Shown piece after piece: positions 1 through 13,590 of a stretch of 64,000 bases of DNA. Source of the DNA: Yuukianura sp. NJ FZ-2021 (Eukaryota); contig CM102290.1 of the NCBI GenBank assembly GCA_046563655.1, forward strand, positions 6,510,001 through 6,574,000. Reading direction: 5' to 3'. The notes under the pieces were generated by a model, which was given only the letters and a program-made list of their open reading frames with translations, was not told where the DNA came from and searched no databases. Numbering within the stretch: the first letter of the stretch is position 1; each line of letters opens with the position of its first letter. The translations under genes and the position numbers were made by a program.

Positions 1-675
1 GACTGGGAAATTCTATTTACTTTGTGCAAAATGTATCTCAAGGTACTCAACTTCAAGAATTTCCAAAAATTCATTTTTCAAAAATATGTTACTTTTTTTG
101 AAATTTCAGATCAGCGATTTCTCGCACTGCCAACAAGCTTGTACGCAGTTGCAAACTTTGAATCCAGACTCTGATGCAGCGATTATGCTTGGAGAGTTAT
201 GCTACCGTCGTGGGGATTTCGTAAATTCGCAACTCCATTACCAAAACCATCTCAGTGGAAACTTTTTGCAAATTTTCGTTCAAAATTTTAAAAATTTTAT
301 AAAATGTTAAATAAATTTCGAAAATTTAGACAAACATCCAACCCTTCCAACCCATTGGGACTCTTTAGCTTGGTACATCGAAGGAGTAGGGCCGACGCTG
401 CAGCGTATCTCCAAAAGCAGCATCAGTCGCTGATTCACATGAACCTGGACTGGGGTCAAATTTTGGAAAATTTTGAAAAGTTTTCAAAATTTCAGTAAAA
501 AATCTTCAATTTTTGGAGGAATTTCTTATTCTAAACAGGAATTTTCGAATGGTACAACGGAAACGTGAATTCAGCTTTGCGAAATTTGAATTTGGCGCGG
601 CGTGATCCAGTATTTGGTCAGCGTACGATTTTACTCATGATTGAAATCTACTTAAACCCTACACGGAACAGTACT
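1..675 (+). pseudogene. TTC21B: TTC21B/IFT139-like TPR protein gene fragment (4 exon-like segments, frameshifted, cut off by an LTR insertion)
   Basis: Segments 1-42, 110-~254, ~330-453 and 540-675 lie between GT/AG sites and encode ...IMLGELCYRRGDF... and GFFEWYNGNVNSALRNLNLARRDPVFGQRTILLMIEIYLNP, which resemble the C-terminal TPR region of TTC21B. The third segment needs frameshifts. Confidence 0.75.
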
Positions 676-2277
676 TGTAGGAGATGCACTGGAAGCAACA
701 ACTTCAGATCAGAAGCAGCAGTAGCCAATGGGACGCTGGATGGAAGAGAAGATGCTCCCAGGGTAGTGTGAGGGAGCATCACCCCCCACCACCCAACTCA
801 GCAGATCCAGCGCCAGACGAGGAAGACGGAGCGGAGGAGCAGTTTACTCCTGGAGCGGACGGCGAGGAGAGAGGACACAGGACACAGGATCATCATTTGT
901 ATCATATTTTATATATATTATTATTATTATTATTGATTGACTGGTTTATCTTTCAATAAACCAGTATCCAGCATCTTATTCTGTGTGCCTCATTTCAGGT
1001 TCTTATTGGTTGAGAGGATCGTTTATTTCACATTGGCGACCAGTGACTACGGAACCTTCAACTTCTAACGGTCTGAGGTCTTCACTAAATCATCAGAACT
1101 ACGCATCAGAAGGTCAGAGGTCATTCCCTACACCGATCTACGCAGATCTACGCTACGCTGAAGATCCAATTGTACATCTCAGCATCTTACATCGCTTATA
1201 AGGAAGATATGTGAAATGTAGCTTAAGTCGAGGGACGATGTACACAACAATGTCCCTGCAGTGTGTCAAAGGTCAAATTAGACGTCACATAAGCTAAAGA
1301 CATGAAGTTGAGCTAGCGTAGAGAGAGCTATTGCATCAGAGCGCATGAAGGACGTTGAAAGTCATTTGAAGGTTACCATATGAGTCATTTATAACGTAAT
1401 ATGAGTGTATAGAGAAAAGATACGACAAATAACGTACCAGAGCAAAGTTAATTAACCGAATTAGCATATTGAGAGACAAATAAGTTCAAATTCAAGGTTA
1501 TAGCATAACTTACAGAGCTTAAGTCACAATACGAGTCAGTTTCAAAGTTACAAAGCCAAGTCAAACGTAATACAAAGTTATTCACACTGAACTAGCAGAG
1601 TCACAGAATATAAAGGTCAAATCAAGGTTACTTCGTGTTCGTAAGCAAATTTAAGTTTTAGTTCAGTTATTCAGATACATTTCGTGCTAAATCAAGGTTA
1701 ATCAAGGTTATTCGAAGTTAATAAGGCAGTCTAAAGATTTATTCAAGTTTCATAGACAAAATTCAAGTTAACTCAAGGTTACTCATGCACAGTCAGTTCA
1801 TAATGTCACAGTCCTACATAAAGTAAAAGAGTCAAAGTTATCAAGTCAGAGTTGAATCTAAAGGTCAATTGAGTTCGTCAGATCGACCTTCAGAGTTCAA
1901 ACTCACATTTCCTAATCAAAGTCAAGGTTAAAATTTTCTGAAAAATAGTCAAAATGAGTGATCACGAACAAGACACAGTTAATGATACTGAAAATGAAGA
2001 ACAGAACGTACCACCGCATAGACCGCCTAGATCACATGTCAGTACAAGAGAAGAACGTGCAAATAACAGAGACAGAATTAGAGAACAAGGTCAACGTCCG
2101 CCAAAATCTAATGTAACGCAGAGCGTTATGACTCAGCCTGATCCAGCTGCAAGTCGTGCTACAGTAGCAGCCAGAGCCAGTATCTCACCAGAACAAATAG
2201 GTCCGCAGAATATTCCGAAACGAGTAATTCGACAATTAGGTCTCGAACAAGAGGGTTTAGACACATGGTCAGATCTT

Positions 2278-3311
2278 AAACAAGGTAGGGCGATGCTCAA
2301 GGGTTGAGCATAGGTCTTCTGGAGGGAGTTGACAATTGATACGACATTTAGACCGGCCTACCGCAAAACTGTTGACGAACTGTGAAACCGTTTTCATGGA
2401 ACTGAAGCTCTAAAACGTCACTGGAAATTTTCAGTCCGAATTTCAGATCCTACTTTGTGCATGAGTTGCACCAAAATTGTCTTGGTAATTTTACCGTTTA
2501 ATCGAACCAAAATCATGTTAAGGTTTTGAGGCCGAAAATATCTGCACTGAATTGATGTTGTAAATTTGTTGTGCACAAAATGCACAAAATTGAACGTTTA
2601 GGAGAAGTGGTCGAATATCGTTCTTGATTGATGTTCGTAATTTGTTAAGGTAGATGCACATAATGTATTGGCGATGTTGTCATGGTAATGCCCAAGGTAG
2701 TTCTCAAACCTGCACAAACCTTCAATTGTGTGCATCATGCACAAAATTGAACGCTGAGGAGAATGGGTCGAATACCACTTCTTTCAAATCCAAATCGGTT
2801 CATGAAAATGCACAGTGTGTTAAATTAAGTGCATAACTTATTGAGTCGAAAATCGCTTGTTTATAATCAAAATTATAAAATTTTCTTGCAAAGGCAAATT
2901 TTAACCCTGCCAAGCACTGTTTCCATATTATGAGTTTAATCCAGATTTTCTGCCCCTAGTTAAGTCTTAATTTTACAACGTAATTAAACTAACTGTCAGA
3001 AAATGACAGGATCAAAACTTCGTTGTTTAAATATATTTTGAGTGTAATCGAAACCAAAATGTTCCCGGGAAACGACTGCACTTAGGGTGCATAAAGTGGC
3101 CGCCCATTTCCACGTTGTTAATATAACACTTTGAGTGCAATGTAGACTTAATGAAAACACTTGAGGCATACATAACCCCCCGGACAAAATGGAGCTTATG
3201 TTTTAGCGCAAAAGATACTAAAAAAGCGAACGGACAGACAGACAGACAGACAAAGTCGTATCAATAGTCTTCTTCAGCACGTCGTAGACGTGCGTCTCCA
3301 GAAGACTAAAA
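2278..3311 (-). mobile_element. Non-autonomous Helentron / DINE-1-like (HINE) element
   Basis: On the minus strand: 5' subterminal IR TAGTCTTCTGGAG with an internal partner GAAGAAGACTA, a (GTCT)n microsatellite, a 3' subTIR CTCCAGAAGACCTA and the stem-loop ATGCTCAA-CCC-TTGAGCAT. It sits in an A/T run with no clear TSD, and excision restores the gag frame. Confidence 0.75.
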
Positions 3312-4587
3312 GTGGTTAGATAAAATTCCAAAAAAGAAAAGTGTCAGAGACGACGTGAGTTCATTCGACTTCTCAGACGAAGAAACAGATTCAGATGATC
3401 ATGACGAGAAAAGTAGCGATGATGAAAGTGAAGTAGAGACTAGAAAGAACAATCGAATGCCAAAGGTCAACTACGTTATTACGGGTATTAACCCGAACAT
3501 ACCGATACCAGTCTACGACTACAGAAAGCGAACAGCTGTTTCTTATTTACATAATGTAGAGTCGTACTTTCAAAGTCAAAATTATACGAAAGGCAAATAC
3601 TGGTACTTGATCAGAACGATTATGACTAAGGAGGTCAAATCGTGGTTTGATAACGTCAGAGACGACATAAAAACTTGGTCAGAGTTTAAAAAAGCGTTTA
3701 TAGCCAAATACGATTCAGTTGCAGAGAAAGAATTCAGAGCAAGGTTGTTATTAACCAGAAAACAGAAAGTTACAGAGTCCGTAGAGTCATTCGTATGGGA
3801 AATGGTTACGTTAAGTCATCAGGTGAATCCTAAAGAAGAGACACATGTCATTGTACGCAGATGCAGAGACGCTCTGCATCTTACAATTCGGACATTGATT
3901 GGTTATAGAGCCACTTGGACGCCGGCGGACTTAATTAACGAAGCGGAACGAGTTATTTACGATTTGAAATCGGAAGCTAAACGAACGAAAACGTATATTC
4001 CAATTCCTCAGGTTAATACTATTCCAGTTGAGCAGAGTGAACTTAATTCAGCTCCAAAAACAGTGTCTAACACTACAGAGTCACCAAATCATAGATTTCC
4101 AGAGAACATACAATTCAAGGGAAACCGTAATCGAGGAAATTGCCATGGAAGTCAAGAAAAAGTTCAAAATTTTCGAAATTCTCAAAATTTTCAAAACAAT
4201 GAAGGTCAACCAAGTGAAACGCGGAGTTATATGACATACCAAGGTCAAAGTTCTAGAGGCAGAGGTAATTCCTATGTGACCAGACAAGGGAATAATGCCC
4301 CAGAGTACTTGGCAGGGGATCACAATTTTTATTCTCAAAACTATAGAAGTAAGGATTACGACGAACGAGACTTTCAAAGTCAGAACAGACATTTTACTCA
4401 ACAGAAGAAGGAGTTAACCTGTTTTGTATGCCACCATGTTGGTCATTTTGTTCGAGATTGTCCAAATGTAAACGCAGTCGCCATGACGTATAATCCTAGA
4501 GAAGAGAATTGTCAAGGTCAGAGACAAGAATTTTCGAATATCACAACTCAACCAAATAGTCAAAGAAACCAAAGTCAAGAAGAGTTT

Positions 4588-5573
4588 TGTAGCGACGATG
4601 TCCTTTTATTTTTCTGGTAAATTAAATATTTAATTCAGTGATCGTCTGCCCTCCCCTTATGGACGTGCCCGTAGTTTAAGCATTCTTCTAGTTATAGGTA
4701 TTCTTTTAGGTATAAGCAGTTTAGGTTAAGTTGGATTTCCCCCTGTTAACCCCTGCTCCCTATAGAATAAGTTAGGATATGGATTTTCCCCTTTGTCAGC
4801 CCTCCCCCTAGGTTATTCATTCAGTAGGATAAGTCTTTTCTTTCAGCAGCTAAGGGATAGGAAGGAGTAAGATGTTACCCTCGGACATCACGTTTGTGTG
4901 GTAAGATCTTCCTTCTTCTGACTCCTCCCCTCCTTTCTCTATAAATACCTGTGTATTTCAGTTCATTTAGTCAGTAAGCATTCAGTAATCAGTCAGTTCA
5001 GAATACACTCTCTTGGCTGGAAGTTCTCTTCGTTCTCAGTTTCATTCATTCGACAGTCGGATTAGACAGTCGACACTCGGCAGTCGACACTCGGCATTAG
5101 ACTTTCGGCAGTCGACACTCGGCACTGGACTCTCGGCTCTAGACGCTCGACTCTAGACACTCGGCTCTAGACGCTCGACTCTAGACACTCGGCAATAGAC
5201 TCTCGGCTCTAGACACTCGGCACTAGACGCTCGACTCTAGACACTCGGCACTAGATTCTCGGGTCTAGACACTCGGCACTAGACGTTCGACTCAAGACAC
5301 TCGGCACAAGACATTCGGCATTAGACATTCGGCATTAGACATTCGGCATTAGACATTCGGCATTAGACATTCGGCATTAGACATTCGGCATTAGACATTC
5401 GGCATTAGACATTCGACATTCGACAGTCGGCATTAGACGTTGGGAATTCGACAACTGATTTAGTGTGAACCCATCCTTCATCAATAGCCATTTGGGATAC
5501 CGTTCGTGGTAGTATTTGGCCGGCCTTACACACCGACAGATACATCTATACCGCAGTCCTTCTCATTCTAACA
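4588..5573 (+). mobile_element. Solo LTR with 4-bp TSD
   Basis: TGTAG...CTAACA flanked by GTTT (4584-4587 and 5574-5577); TATAAA at ~4940; excision restores the gag frame. Confidence 0.85.
5051..5440. repeat. Tandem array of ~14-bp units (GGCATTAGACATTC / GGCACTAGACACTC) inside the solo LTR
   Basis: Visible directly; the 3' copies are homogeneous and the 5' copies more diverged. Confidence 0.9.
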
Positions 5574-7763
5574 GTTTCGGTTGAGTTGTTCCGGCAGTTC
5601 AGTTACTCAGACTTATTCTATATTGTGCTCAAAAAATTTTGGAGCTATCGAAATTACAAGTTTTGTCCAAATACAATGCCAATTTTTTCAAGTAGTAATT
5701 ATAAGAGGAACGACGTGTTCGACGATGTTCCTCCCCAAAACAAAAACAGCCAGGAAAATCAATATTTAAATTACTAAGGGACAGAGTCCCACCAAATCTC
5801 AATTTACTCCATAATTATTGCAGAGATTTAGTGTTTAAAATTTAGTATTCAAGAATTTAAGAAATTAGTAAAGACAATGTGCGTAGATGTCACATTACAT
5901 AGTTTAGATTAGTCAAAAAGATTTATACCGCGACAGACAGTTCAGATTATGGGATTTCCTGAAATTAAAAGGAAAAAACGAAGTTGTACATTTAACAGTT
6001 TACAGAGCAACAGTAACAGCTCTTAAGACAGATCAAAATTTAGTAGATGATGAAATAGAAATAAGGGATGCTCCCAAGGTCAGGTCGACGTGCTCGACGA
6101 TGACCTGACACGTTGTCAAATTTCATTTGTATAGTTAGTGTACATCAAATCAGAGAAGAGTAAAAGAATGATAAAGAAATTATTGAATTCAGAAAGAAAT
6201 TATTAAAACCAAAATGGTTGAAAACAAGAAATTGAAAGAAACGAGCAATTGTCCTCGAACTAAAAGCAGAATTATGCTGTTAAAAATGACATAGTAGTCA
6301 GAATTGTTTATTCTACAAAAGCAGAGTTGCTAAGAAAAGAGATCTCCAAAAATAATTCCACTGATACGCCAGAACTCCAGAAAGTTAACGTATCTGTTAA
6401 GGAAAATACAGGCCTTACCCGGGAGCAACAGTCCAGCCCCGCGGAATATGAGCACATTGCGCTGCCATTAAATGAATCAGAAAAAAGTACGTACAGAAAA
6501 TGAGAAAGTCGACTTAGTTAGGAAAACAAATAGGTTATAAGATAGAATTAAAATTTTTAGTACTAGGTATTACAATGATGTGGGGATAATTGATTGTGAG
6601 TTCAATTTAAAGTGTCATAAACAAATATACCGCAAATTATGCCAAAAAACTTCTAAGGTTCATTAGCAAGCAAGGTTTAATAAATTTCAAATAGACAGAG
6701 ATGTATCCAATAAAACAATCGACAACAAAAAGATAAATTGTTTGACGAACTAAGTATTTGGCCAATACGGAACTCTAAAACAAATTATTGCGAATCAAGG
6801 GGCTTAATCTCTTTGAACTTTAGTGTCAAACTGTTGTTCAGCATCTCAAAATTACAAAAATACTTACAGAAGTTTATTGTATGGGTTCGAAACCATATGA
6901 GCAAGTTGCAAAAAGTATAATGACCCAGATTAGTTTACCAGTGTTCAACAAAAGCAGTTAGTATTGAGTCGACGCAGTGCTGTATTGTAATAAATTACGA
7001 ACACGGGGCAGAAAGTTACACAAACACGTTACCAATAGCGCAATAACCGAAAAAACAAGCGTTCTCAGATCAAAACCACAGTTAATTATACAGCGTTACC
7101 AGGTTTAAGAATATAGATTAAGTTATTACCCCGGGTTAGATTAAGTTAGACTAAAGTAGCATAAGTCAGAGTTAGTTAAATTATGTAAAATGTATAATAA
7201 TCCAGTTTACTTTAATTAATTTATGAAATAGATCAAATTTCAAAAGCAAACAGTTTAGAGATAAAAAAAATTGAAGTCTATCATAGAGAAATGCACAAAA
7301 TAAGTGGAGGTCAAAAGAGTGCCGACCAGTCTAAGTATCTTATGTTTTTAAAGCGACGAAGAGTAGTCAATTTCAAAGGAAACATTCTGTTTGGACAAAG
7401 TTCCCCATTTCAAAAAAAAAAAAATGCCAAGTAGAATTAAAAAAAAAAGGTGTTTTTCAAAAATTATGGTTCCCGGAACTAGAGTTAAACATTGGAACAA
7501 AACAGAGTATCATGCCGATTTAATTAAAGAGGTGCATTTAGTATAGGAAATATTTGGGGTGGAGGGAAAGAATGATTCCCGGGATGTTAGGCCTTGGAAT
7601 CCAGCAGGGGGAGGGCATTAATCCTGGAGGCGGTGGACCAAACTGTGGCAATAACACTATTTTTATGGACCAAACAATAACCAACCAACACTATTTTTAT
7701 GGACAATGAACCAAACTAAGACTCAAGTAAAGGCGCTTAGTAGTAGTTACCATTTTTACCAAC

Positions 7764-8465
7764 TCAGTAGTTATCATTTTTGAGGATTTTGTTTGCTTGG
7801 GCGATACGGCACGACATCGTCTTCACTCCCACGAGAGAGGGAACGTTCAAAGTAGTACAGTTTCTTCTGACGATACGAAAGTGTTCCATTGGGATGCCAA
7901 TTGACATTGACCTTTTCCCACTTTTCACTGAAAACAAAAGTACATCATGAGAAATGAGACGGCATGAAGCCATTCCGAATTTCAAAATTTAATTATACTA
8001 AAATTTTGATAAATTTTATATTATTATTAATGTTCATACATACCTATAAGTATATGGACCGAATTCTTGAAGTACAAGTTTGATTGTGCCATTGCTTTCT
8101 AAGAATTCGTTTGCATGTGAGACATTGAAAAAGTAAACGCGTAGAATTGGAGTGGCTGGAGGTTTACGCCACAATTCTAACGTTTCTGTTCCTTCTTGTA
8201 GTAGAAGTCTCTGAAATTCGGCAAATTCAAGATTCAAAATTTTAAAAAATTCTATTTTTTTCTCTAAATTTTTCTTCACAGCATCAAGTAGTTTCTCCTA
8301 TCGGATTGGCTTGCGTTGATAGTCGTAATATATTGACTGAAAGAATGAGATAACCAATGGTATATTTTTCAGTATTTGCCTGCATACCAAAAATAAATTA
8401 AAAATGCGCATATTTTTTCTAAATTTCGGCGAAACTATAATCATTCCAATTTGCAAACGTTTCAT
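7764..8465 (-). pseudogene. CD36 / scavenger receptor class B family gene, 5' fragment
   Basis: Exon ~8044-8211 encodes LELWRKPPATPILRVYFFNVSHANEFL...LQEFGPYTY. The next exon (from 7927) encodes EKWEKVNVNWHPNGTLSYRQKKLYYFE, a typical CD36 motif. Upstream exons are degenerate and no further exons are seen. Confidence 0.8.
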
Positions 8466-9201
8466 CCTGGACTATTGTCAGTATAAATAATGTAATGGGT
8501 TAAGAACAAAAAGTCCACTTACAGTTGTCTTTGTTACGGTGGATTAATGCAATGTTGTGCAGGAAAACAAGCCCCTTTCCCTTTCAGTACAAACCATATA
8601 TGTGCAAGTACATAGCGTAAGAAGGGGATTTCAAAATCGAAACATCCAAATCCGGTTTTTCTTAATGAGTCAAAATTGAAAATTGGCACAAACGAAATGG
8701 AAAAGATTGGGATTGCGCATGAGCATGGGCTAGAACAAGACGACCTTTACCACCTAGTACAACATGGGCCGCTTGACCATTGGCCAAAACGGCTCTTTGC
8801 CAGTAGTGCGCAAAGGATGCAGTAACTGCAATTAAATGGGGGAAACAACATTTTACAATAAAAAAGAGCAATTCCTTAGTCTAGATGTTTTTACAGGGTC
8901 GATGCATCTTGATTTCGTGTGTTGTGTTAAAAAGAGAAGGTGGTTTATCATGCTTGCCAAATTTGTTTTCAAAAAATTATCATGTAATCAAAATTTACAT
9001 TTTCATGTAACTTAATTGTTTTTTGAAAATATAACATACGGAGGCGATAACAAATGTCCACGAGGGATTGGAAGAACAGGAGAGTCAGGATTCCCACGAC
9101 GATGAGCGCAATGCCCGCCGCAATGGCCAACGCTGAAAAAAAAGTTCAAAATTTTATTATTTTTTAATTTGTCAGTCATCGCAAGATTTTCTTGTCATAA
9201 G

Positions 9202-9397
9202 CAGACATGAGAAAAATATTTAGTCACCATGCCTGTAATGTTAAGAATTTAAATATTTAGGGCTTTTTGTTACTAAATATTTATTTAATTTCCCATGCCC
9301 TCAATGTTAAATAAGTAAATATTTCGGAGTTTTTGACAAAAAATATTTAATATTTAAATATTTCGCCAGTTTTTACTAAATATTTTTCTCATGCCTG
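9202..9397. mobile_element. hAT-like MITE
   Basis: TIR CAG(A/G)CATGAGAAAAATATTTAGT; 8-bp TSD GTCATAAG (9194-9201, 9398-9405). Confidence 0.9.
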
Positions 9398-9459
9398 GTC
9401 ATAAGCTAGAGCGTCTTGCATTTTGGAAATTTCATGTACTGTAAGCATTTTTTTTTTAG

Positions 9460-10267
9460 ATTTGTAACAGCAATACATTTGTGAATTTTCTGAACGCGCT
9501 GGAAAGCTTATGTACTACTTTTTAAATAAAAACACACTTGAAATTTTGTCCGTTGGGCCAAATACAAAGTAAGAGGTGACTTTCGGATGGGACAGAGGGT
9601 TCAAAGAAATCCACGCAAAACGACGTAGGGAACCAAGGCCTTTTGGAGGCATGTTTCCTACTGACATGGTCCCTTAAGGGCTCCAGTAACAATGGAGGCC
9701 TTACAGGTGGAAAAATGTGTTCTAAGGTTCCACTGGGACGAAGTAGATGGCGACGGATCAGGAATTGGAAAGTTTCCCTACCAACGTCCAACAATTCATG
9801 TAACTTTACGGATCATATGAATTCTTGGTGGACGCCCCAGAGGTTTGCCTTGAAGAAAATATTGACATTACTAGAATTTAAAGTTAACAAAACTATGTCG
9901 TTTTTTCATTGTTAGATGTTTGGGTATATGGCGTTCTCATGTTTGAGTTCTGGTCAAAAGGAAAAATACCTTACAGTCCGCTCGAAACCAGCAAACAAGT
10001 ATTTCATTAACCTATAACTTCAATTTAAAAAAAAAGTCTCAAATTTTGAACTTTTCACAGGTTGCAGAGGCCTTGGTATTGGGGAAAACACCTTTGGACT
10101 ATGACTATGACACCCTTCAAGCTCCTCCGTACATTTTGGAAACAGTAGAATGTTGTTTTGCGTATGCGCCAAATGGACGTCCAAGATTTTTTGAAATTGT
10201 GGACGCTCTGAAACATGCTCAAGCGATTTGGTACGGCACGGATGACGAAGAGAACCAAGCTACATGA
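9460..10267 (+). pseudogene. Protein tyrosine kinase C-lobe fragment
   Basis: Exon 9916-9998 encodes DVWVYGVLMFEFWSKGKIPY and exon 10061-10267 encodes ...CCFAYAPNGRPRFFEIV... (subdomains IX-XI). The upstream part has stops, so the start coordinate is approximate. Confidence 0.7.
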
Positions 10268-10483
10268 TTTTAGTTTTACGAATTTTCCCTTTATTTTGAA
10301 CCAAAAATTACGCATGTTTGTATTTCTTCAGTACTTTTTTGTTGATTCAGTTTATATTTTAGCATTTGACAATTACGGTATTGTTTTAATTTTATGGTTT
10401 TCCATTAAATACAGTTTTATTGCTCTAAATGTTCGCTTTAATTACCCCGACATTCCTTAGCTTACGAGGTCAATACTCTATTG

Positions 10484-11210
10484 TCATTTTGCGAATTCTG
10501 GAGGGTGCTGATTCTGTTTTGTTGTTCCTGTATGATTTTCAACAGGGCTTCCTGTGCTTCTTGGGAACGGTCTTGTACCGGAAGCAGCAGTACTGGACAT
10601 TTGTGTCACAGGCGAAGCAGTACTGGAGAGAAATACTGTGTCCAGCACATTTCCAGCGACAAGTTGGACTCTATTGGGAAAAAAAAAGAAGGATCCTTCC
10701 AGCACTTTTTCCAGATTCCCAGTTGCGACTCCATTGAGAATAGTATTGAGTCCCTTAGAAACGTCAGGAATGCAGCCGCGAGTCCCGGTCGACCAGTGAG
10801 TCGTGCTGTCGTTGCTGGAATGGAATGTTCCGGTCGTTACCGGTTCCGAGTGAAGAGGGTGCTGGTGTCGGACGACGGTTGACCAAATTGTTAAGACCGA
10901 ATCGGCTTGATTTTTCTTGATTTTCGTTTCTGATGGTGTCAATGATTGCATCGCATTTTCCTAGGAGGTTTTGAAATTTTGTTTTTAGAATTTCCTACAA
11001 TAGAAAAAAGTTAGACAAAGTGTTACTTTACCGCTTTATCCTGACCGTCAATTGCGCTGTTTAGAATAGTCACACCTTGAACGTGAAACTAAAAATTTCA
11101 AAACAAAAATGTGTGTTTGCATTTTAGAGAAACCAAAATTCGACAATTCCTCACACCTTTATTAAAACGACGACTAGTATACACAAGGAAAATTGAAAAA
11201 ATTTCGCCAT
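10484..11210 (-). CDS. Small three-exon gene, possibly secreted Ser/Thr-rich protein (exon 1 frameshifted)
   Basis: ATG at 11210 with a hydrophobic signal-like stretch that needs a 1-nt indel; GT/AG-bounded exon ~11032-11088; long last exon ~10961-10484. No recognised homology. Confidence 0.4.
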
Positions 11211-12207
11211 CTTTGCAATCTTGCTATGTGAAACCTTTGACTTTTATTAACTTTGTTGAGCTTTGACTTTATGTAGAATTTGAACTAGATCTTGTCGTTT
11301 TTTAACCGATAATCCAACTGTAAGGACGATGGTGTCAATAAACTTTAAAAAATTCTTCTAATTAATGGAAAATAATTGGCATATGTGTCTGCCAATCTGT
11401 AAAAGCTTTCACCTCTTTACGAAATTATGCTGTGCAACTTTGAAAGTTTTACTTTTTTCTTTCTGTACAGTACTCTTTCTGTGTAATCCAAAATTCTGCT
11501 TAATTTAACAATGCTTTAATCAGAGAAGTTGTTAACAAATACGCAACATAAAAGTAAAAAAAAATGCTACAAAAATTCTAGCTATTGCAATGACTTATTC
11601 AAACTAAACTATTTGAGGTTAACTTTTACTAAAAACTTTAGTTTGATCTTTTACAACAAATTAAAATAAAAAAAAATAAATTCTGTTAACATATTTGCAT
11701 CATCAGTCTAAACTTTGTAAAATGTTCAAAACTAAATTATGAAAATCATGAGTTAGAACTTTGTTAGGATAAATATTTTTTAAGCAACTGAAACACGTTA
11801 ATGACAATTTTTCAAAAAAGCTAAGAATAGTAAACAAAGTTACTGAAGAAAATTATAAATAATAATATGTACATCCTGGTGTACTTTTAGAATGTTCTGC
11901 GAGTAGGACGAAAATTTCTGGTAATTGCACGACGCCGCAGTTGAGATCGTGTTTCAAAAGTTTAGGATCTCTGTTTTGTAGCGGGTAACTTTTGCTTGAA
12001 TATTTTGGAAACGAATCCGTACTGCGGAGAGTTTCCATCGCCCCGTCTTCAAATTGGGGCAGATGATCATATGACGTCCACCGATGACATTGATTGATTA
12101 AAACAAATGGTCACTCATTTCGTAGCTCTCGGGTCCTATTTTTTTAGTTTTCAAATTAGAATTTTGAAGATTTGAACAGTTTTTTGAAATTTTAGTAACC
12201 ATTGACA

Positions 12208-13590
12208 GGCGTGCGTTTGCTGGGCGACTGCAGTAACCAAACAAAATACACTAACCATGTTGCAAAAGGCGCAAAGGGCAGCATTGATCAACATAACAGG
12301 GGCAATGCGATCCACGCCAACTGCGAGCATGGAGTGCATTATAGACATACGCCCAATCGACCTTTACATCATGACATTGTGCATTAAAACAATGTTAAGG
12401 TTAATTGAGCATAAAGACTGGCTACCATGGAAATGCATGGGGCTTCTGAAAAGAAACACACATATAAAACAATGCGAGGAATGGAGAAATAATCTCCCAC
12501 TCCTCAAGCTACCAACTGAAACAAAATTCATAAATCAAATATCACCTAATTACAACATACTAATAAAAAAACGGAAACATTGGGAAGAGGAGGGGGAGCC
12601 GAGGCGTAGCGCTTCGGTCCTCCAGGTCTTCACTGATGGATCTAAAATAAACTCTTCCGGTGCTGCATATGTAGTACTGAATGGTAACAAAATACTTCAA
12701 AGTGAGATATACCCCCTTGGGCACTGCACAAGCGTCTTTCAAGCGGAGGCGTACGCTTTACTCGCGGCTGCTGATTGGGTTGAAAAGACCCTGTCCACAG
12801 ACAAACCAGAATATAAGAACATAACACTTGTTGAAGTTTACATCGACAACCAAGGAGTTGTCAAAAGCCTAATGGGCAAAAATGATGAGAGTACAACTCT
12901 TATTTATGAGTCCCACAGAACACTTAACAAAATCAACACAATATGCCCGGTAAATGTTAACTGGATACCAGCACATAATGGGTATGTAGGCAATGAAATA
13001 GTGGACAGTTTAGCGAAGGCGGCTGCTCACACAAAATGTATTGGACCAGAACCAATATTACCAATTCCATACAGCACAATAGTAACTGCAATCAATGACT
13101 ATTCCAGAACCTGTCATGAAAAAAGATGGCGAACACAACAAGGATATGAAGACTAGAAAAAAAGTCCTCACAAAAACATGTATCCAAAATGCTAAGCACT
13201 GATTAAAACTAAATAGAGAAGATCTTAAATCTCTTACAGAATTGATCACAGGACATGGACAATATGCCAAAAACCTCCATAGGATGGGAATCGCGGAGTC
13301 GCCCTTATGTCCACACTGTGGATATAAGGAAGAGACACGTGATCACCTACTGATGGAGTGTGAGGCACACATGAACCCAAGGCTAAAGGCATTTGGGGTA
13401 TACCTCTTGAGAAAAGAGGATCTTAAAAACACTTCTCTCTCTGAACTAACGGAATTCGTCCGACAATTAAATAGAGTGAAGGTTAGGGGCGGGAGAGTTA
13501 TTCCCTGAAATTAAATTGGTGTTATGGAGAGAGCGAAATAGGCCCGATAGTGCGCCTCATCGCCGTGATTCTTTCTGTGCCTAATGCACT
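12208..13590 (+). mobile_element. 5'-truncated LINE (LOA/R1/I group) with RNase H and C-terminal CCHC
   Basis: ITGAMRSTPT; RNase H motifs FTDGSK, VFQAEAYA, IDNQ and WIPAHNGYVGNEIVD; after a stop and frameshift, ITGHG...CPHCGYKEETRDHLLMEC. Confidence 0.85.

Larger units (their letters stand above)
1954..5769 (+). pseudogene. gag: Gypsy gag split in three by two insertions
   Basis: 1954-~2280, ~3310-4587 and 5578-5769 join in frame (...WSDLK-(K)WLDKIPKKKSVRDDVSS... and ...QEEF-RLSCSG...). Retrotransposon gag-like capsid region and CCHC knuckle CFVCHHVGHFVRDC. Confidence 0.8.
676..7700 (+). mobile_element. Decayed Ty3/Gypsy LTR retrotransposon (5' LTR 676-1032, PBS, gag; pol unrecognisable; no matching 3' LTR seen)
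   Basis: The LTR runs TGTAG...TTCACA with AATAAA at ~955 and is followed by PBS-like TGGCGACCAGTGAC (1034). Gag lies downstream. The 3' boundary is approximate. Confidence 0.7.

Noticed and set aside
5051..5440. CRISPR-like array
   Set aside because: Contiguous 14-bp units with no unique spacers, inside a eukaryotic LTR.
7560..7760. 3' LTR of the first Gypsy element
   Set aside because: A purine-rich tract is present, but the following sequence does not match 676-1032.
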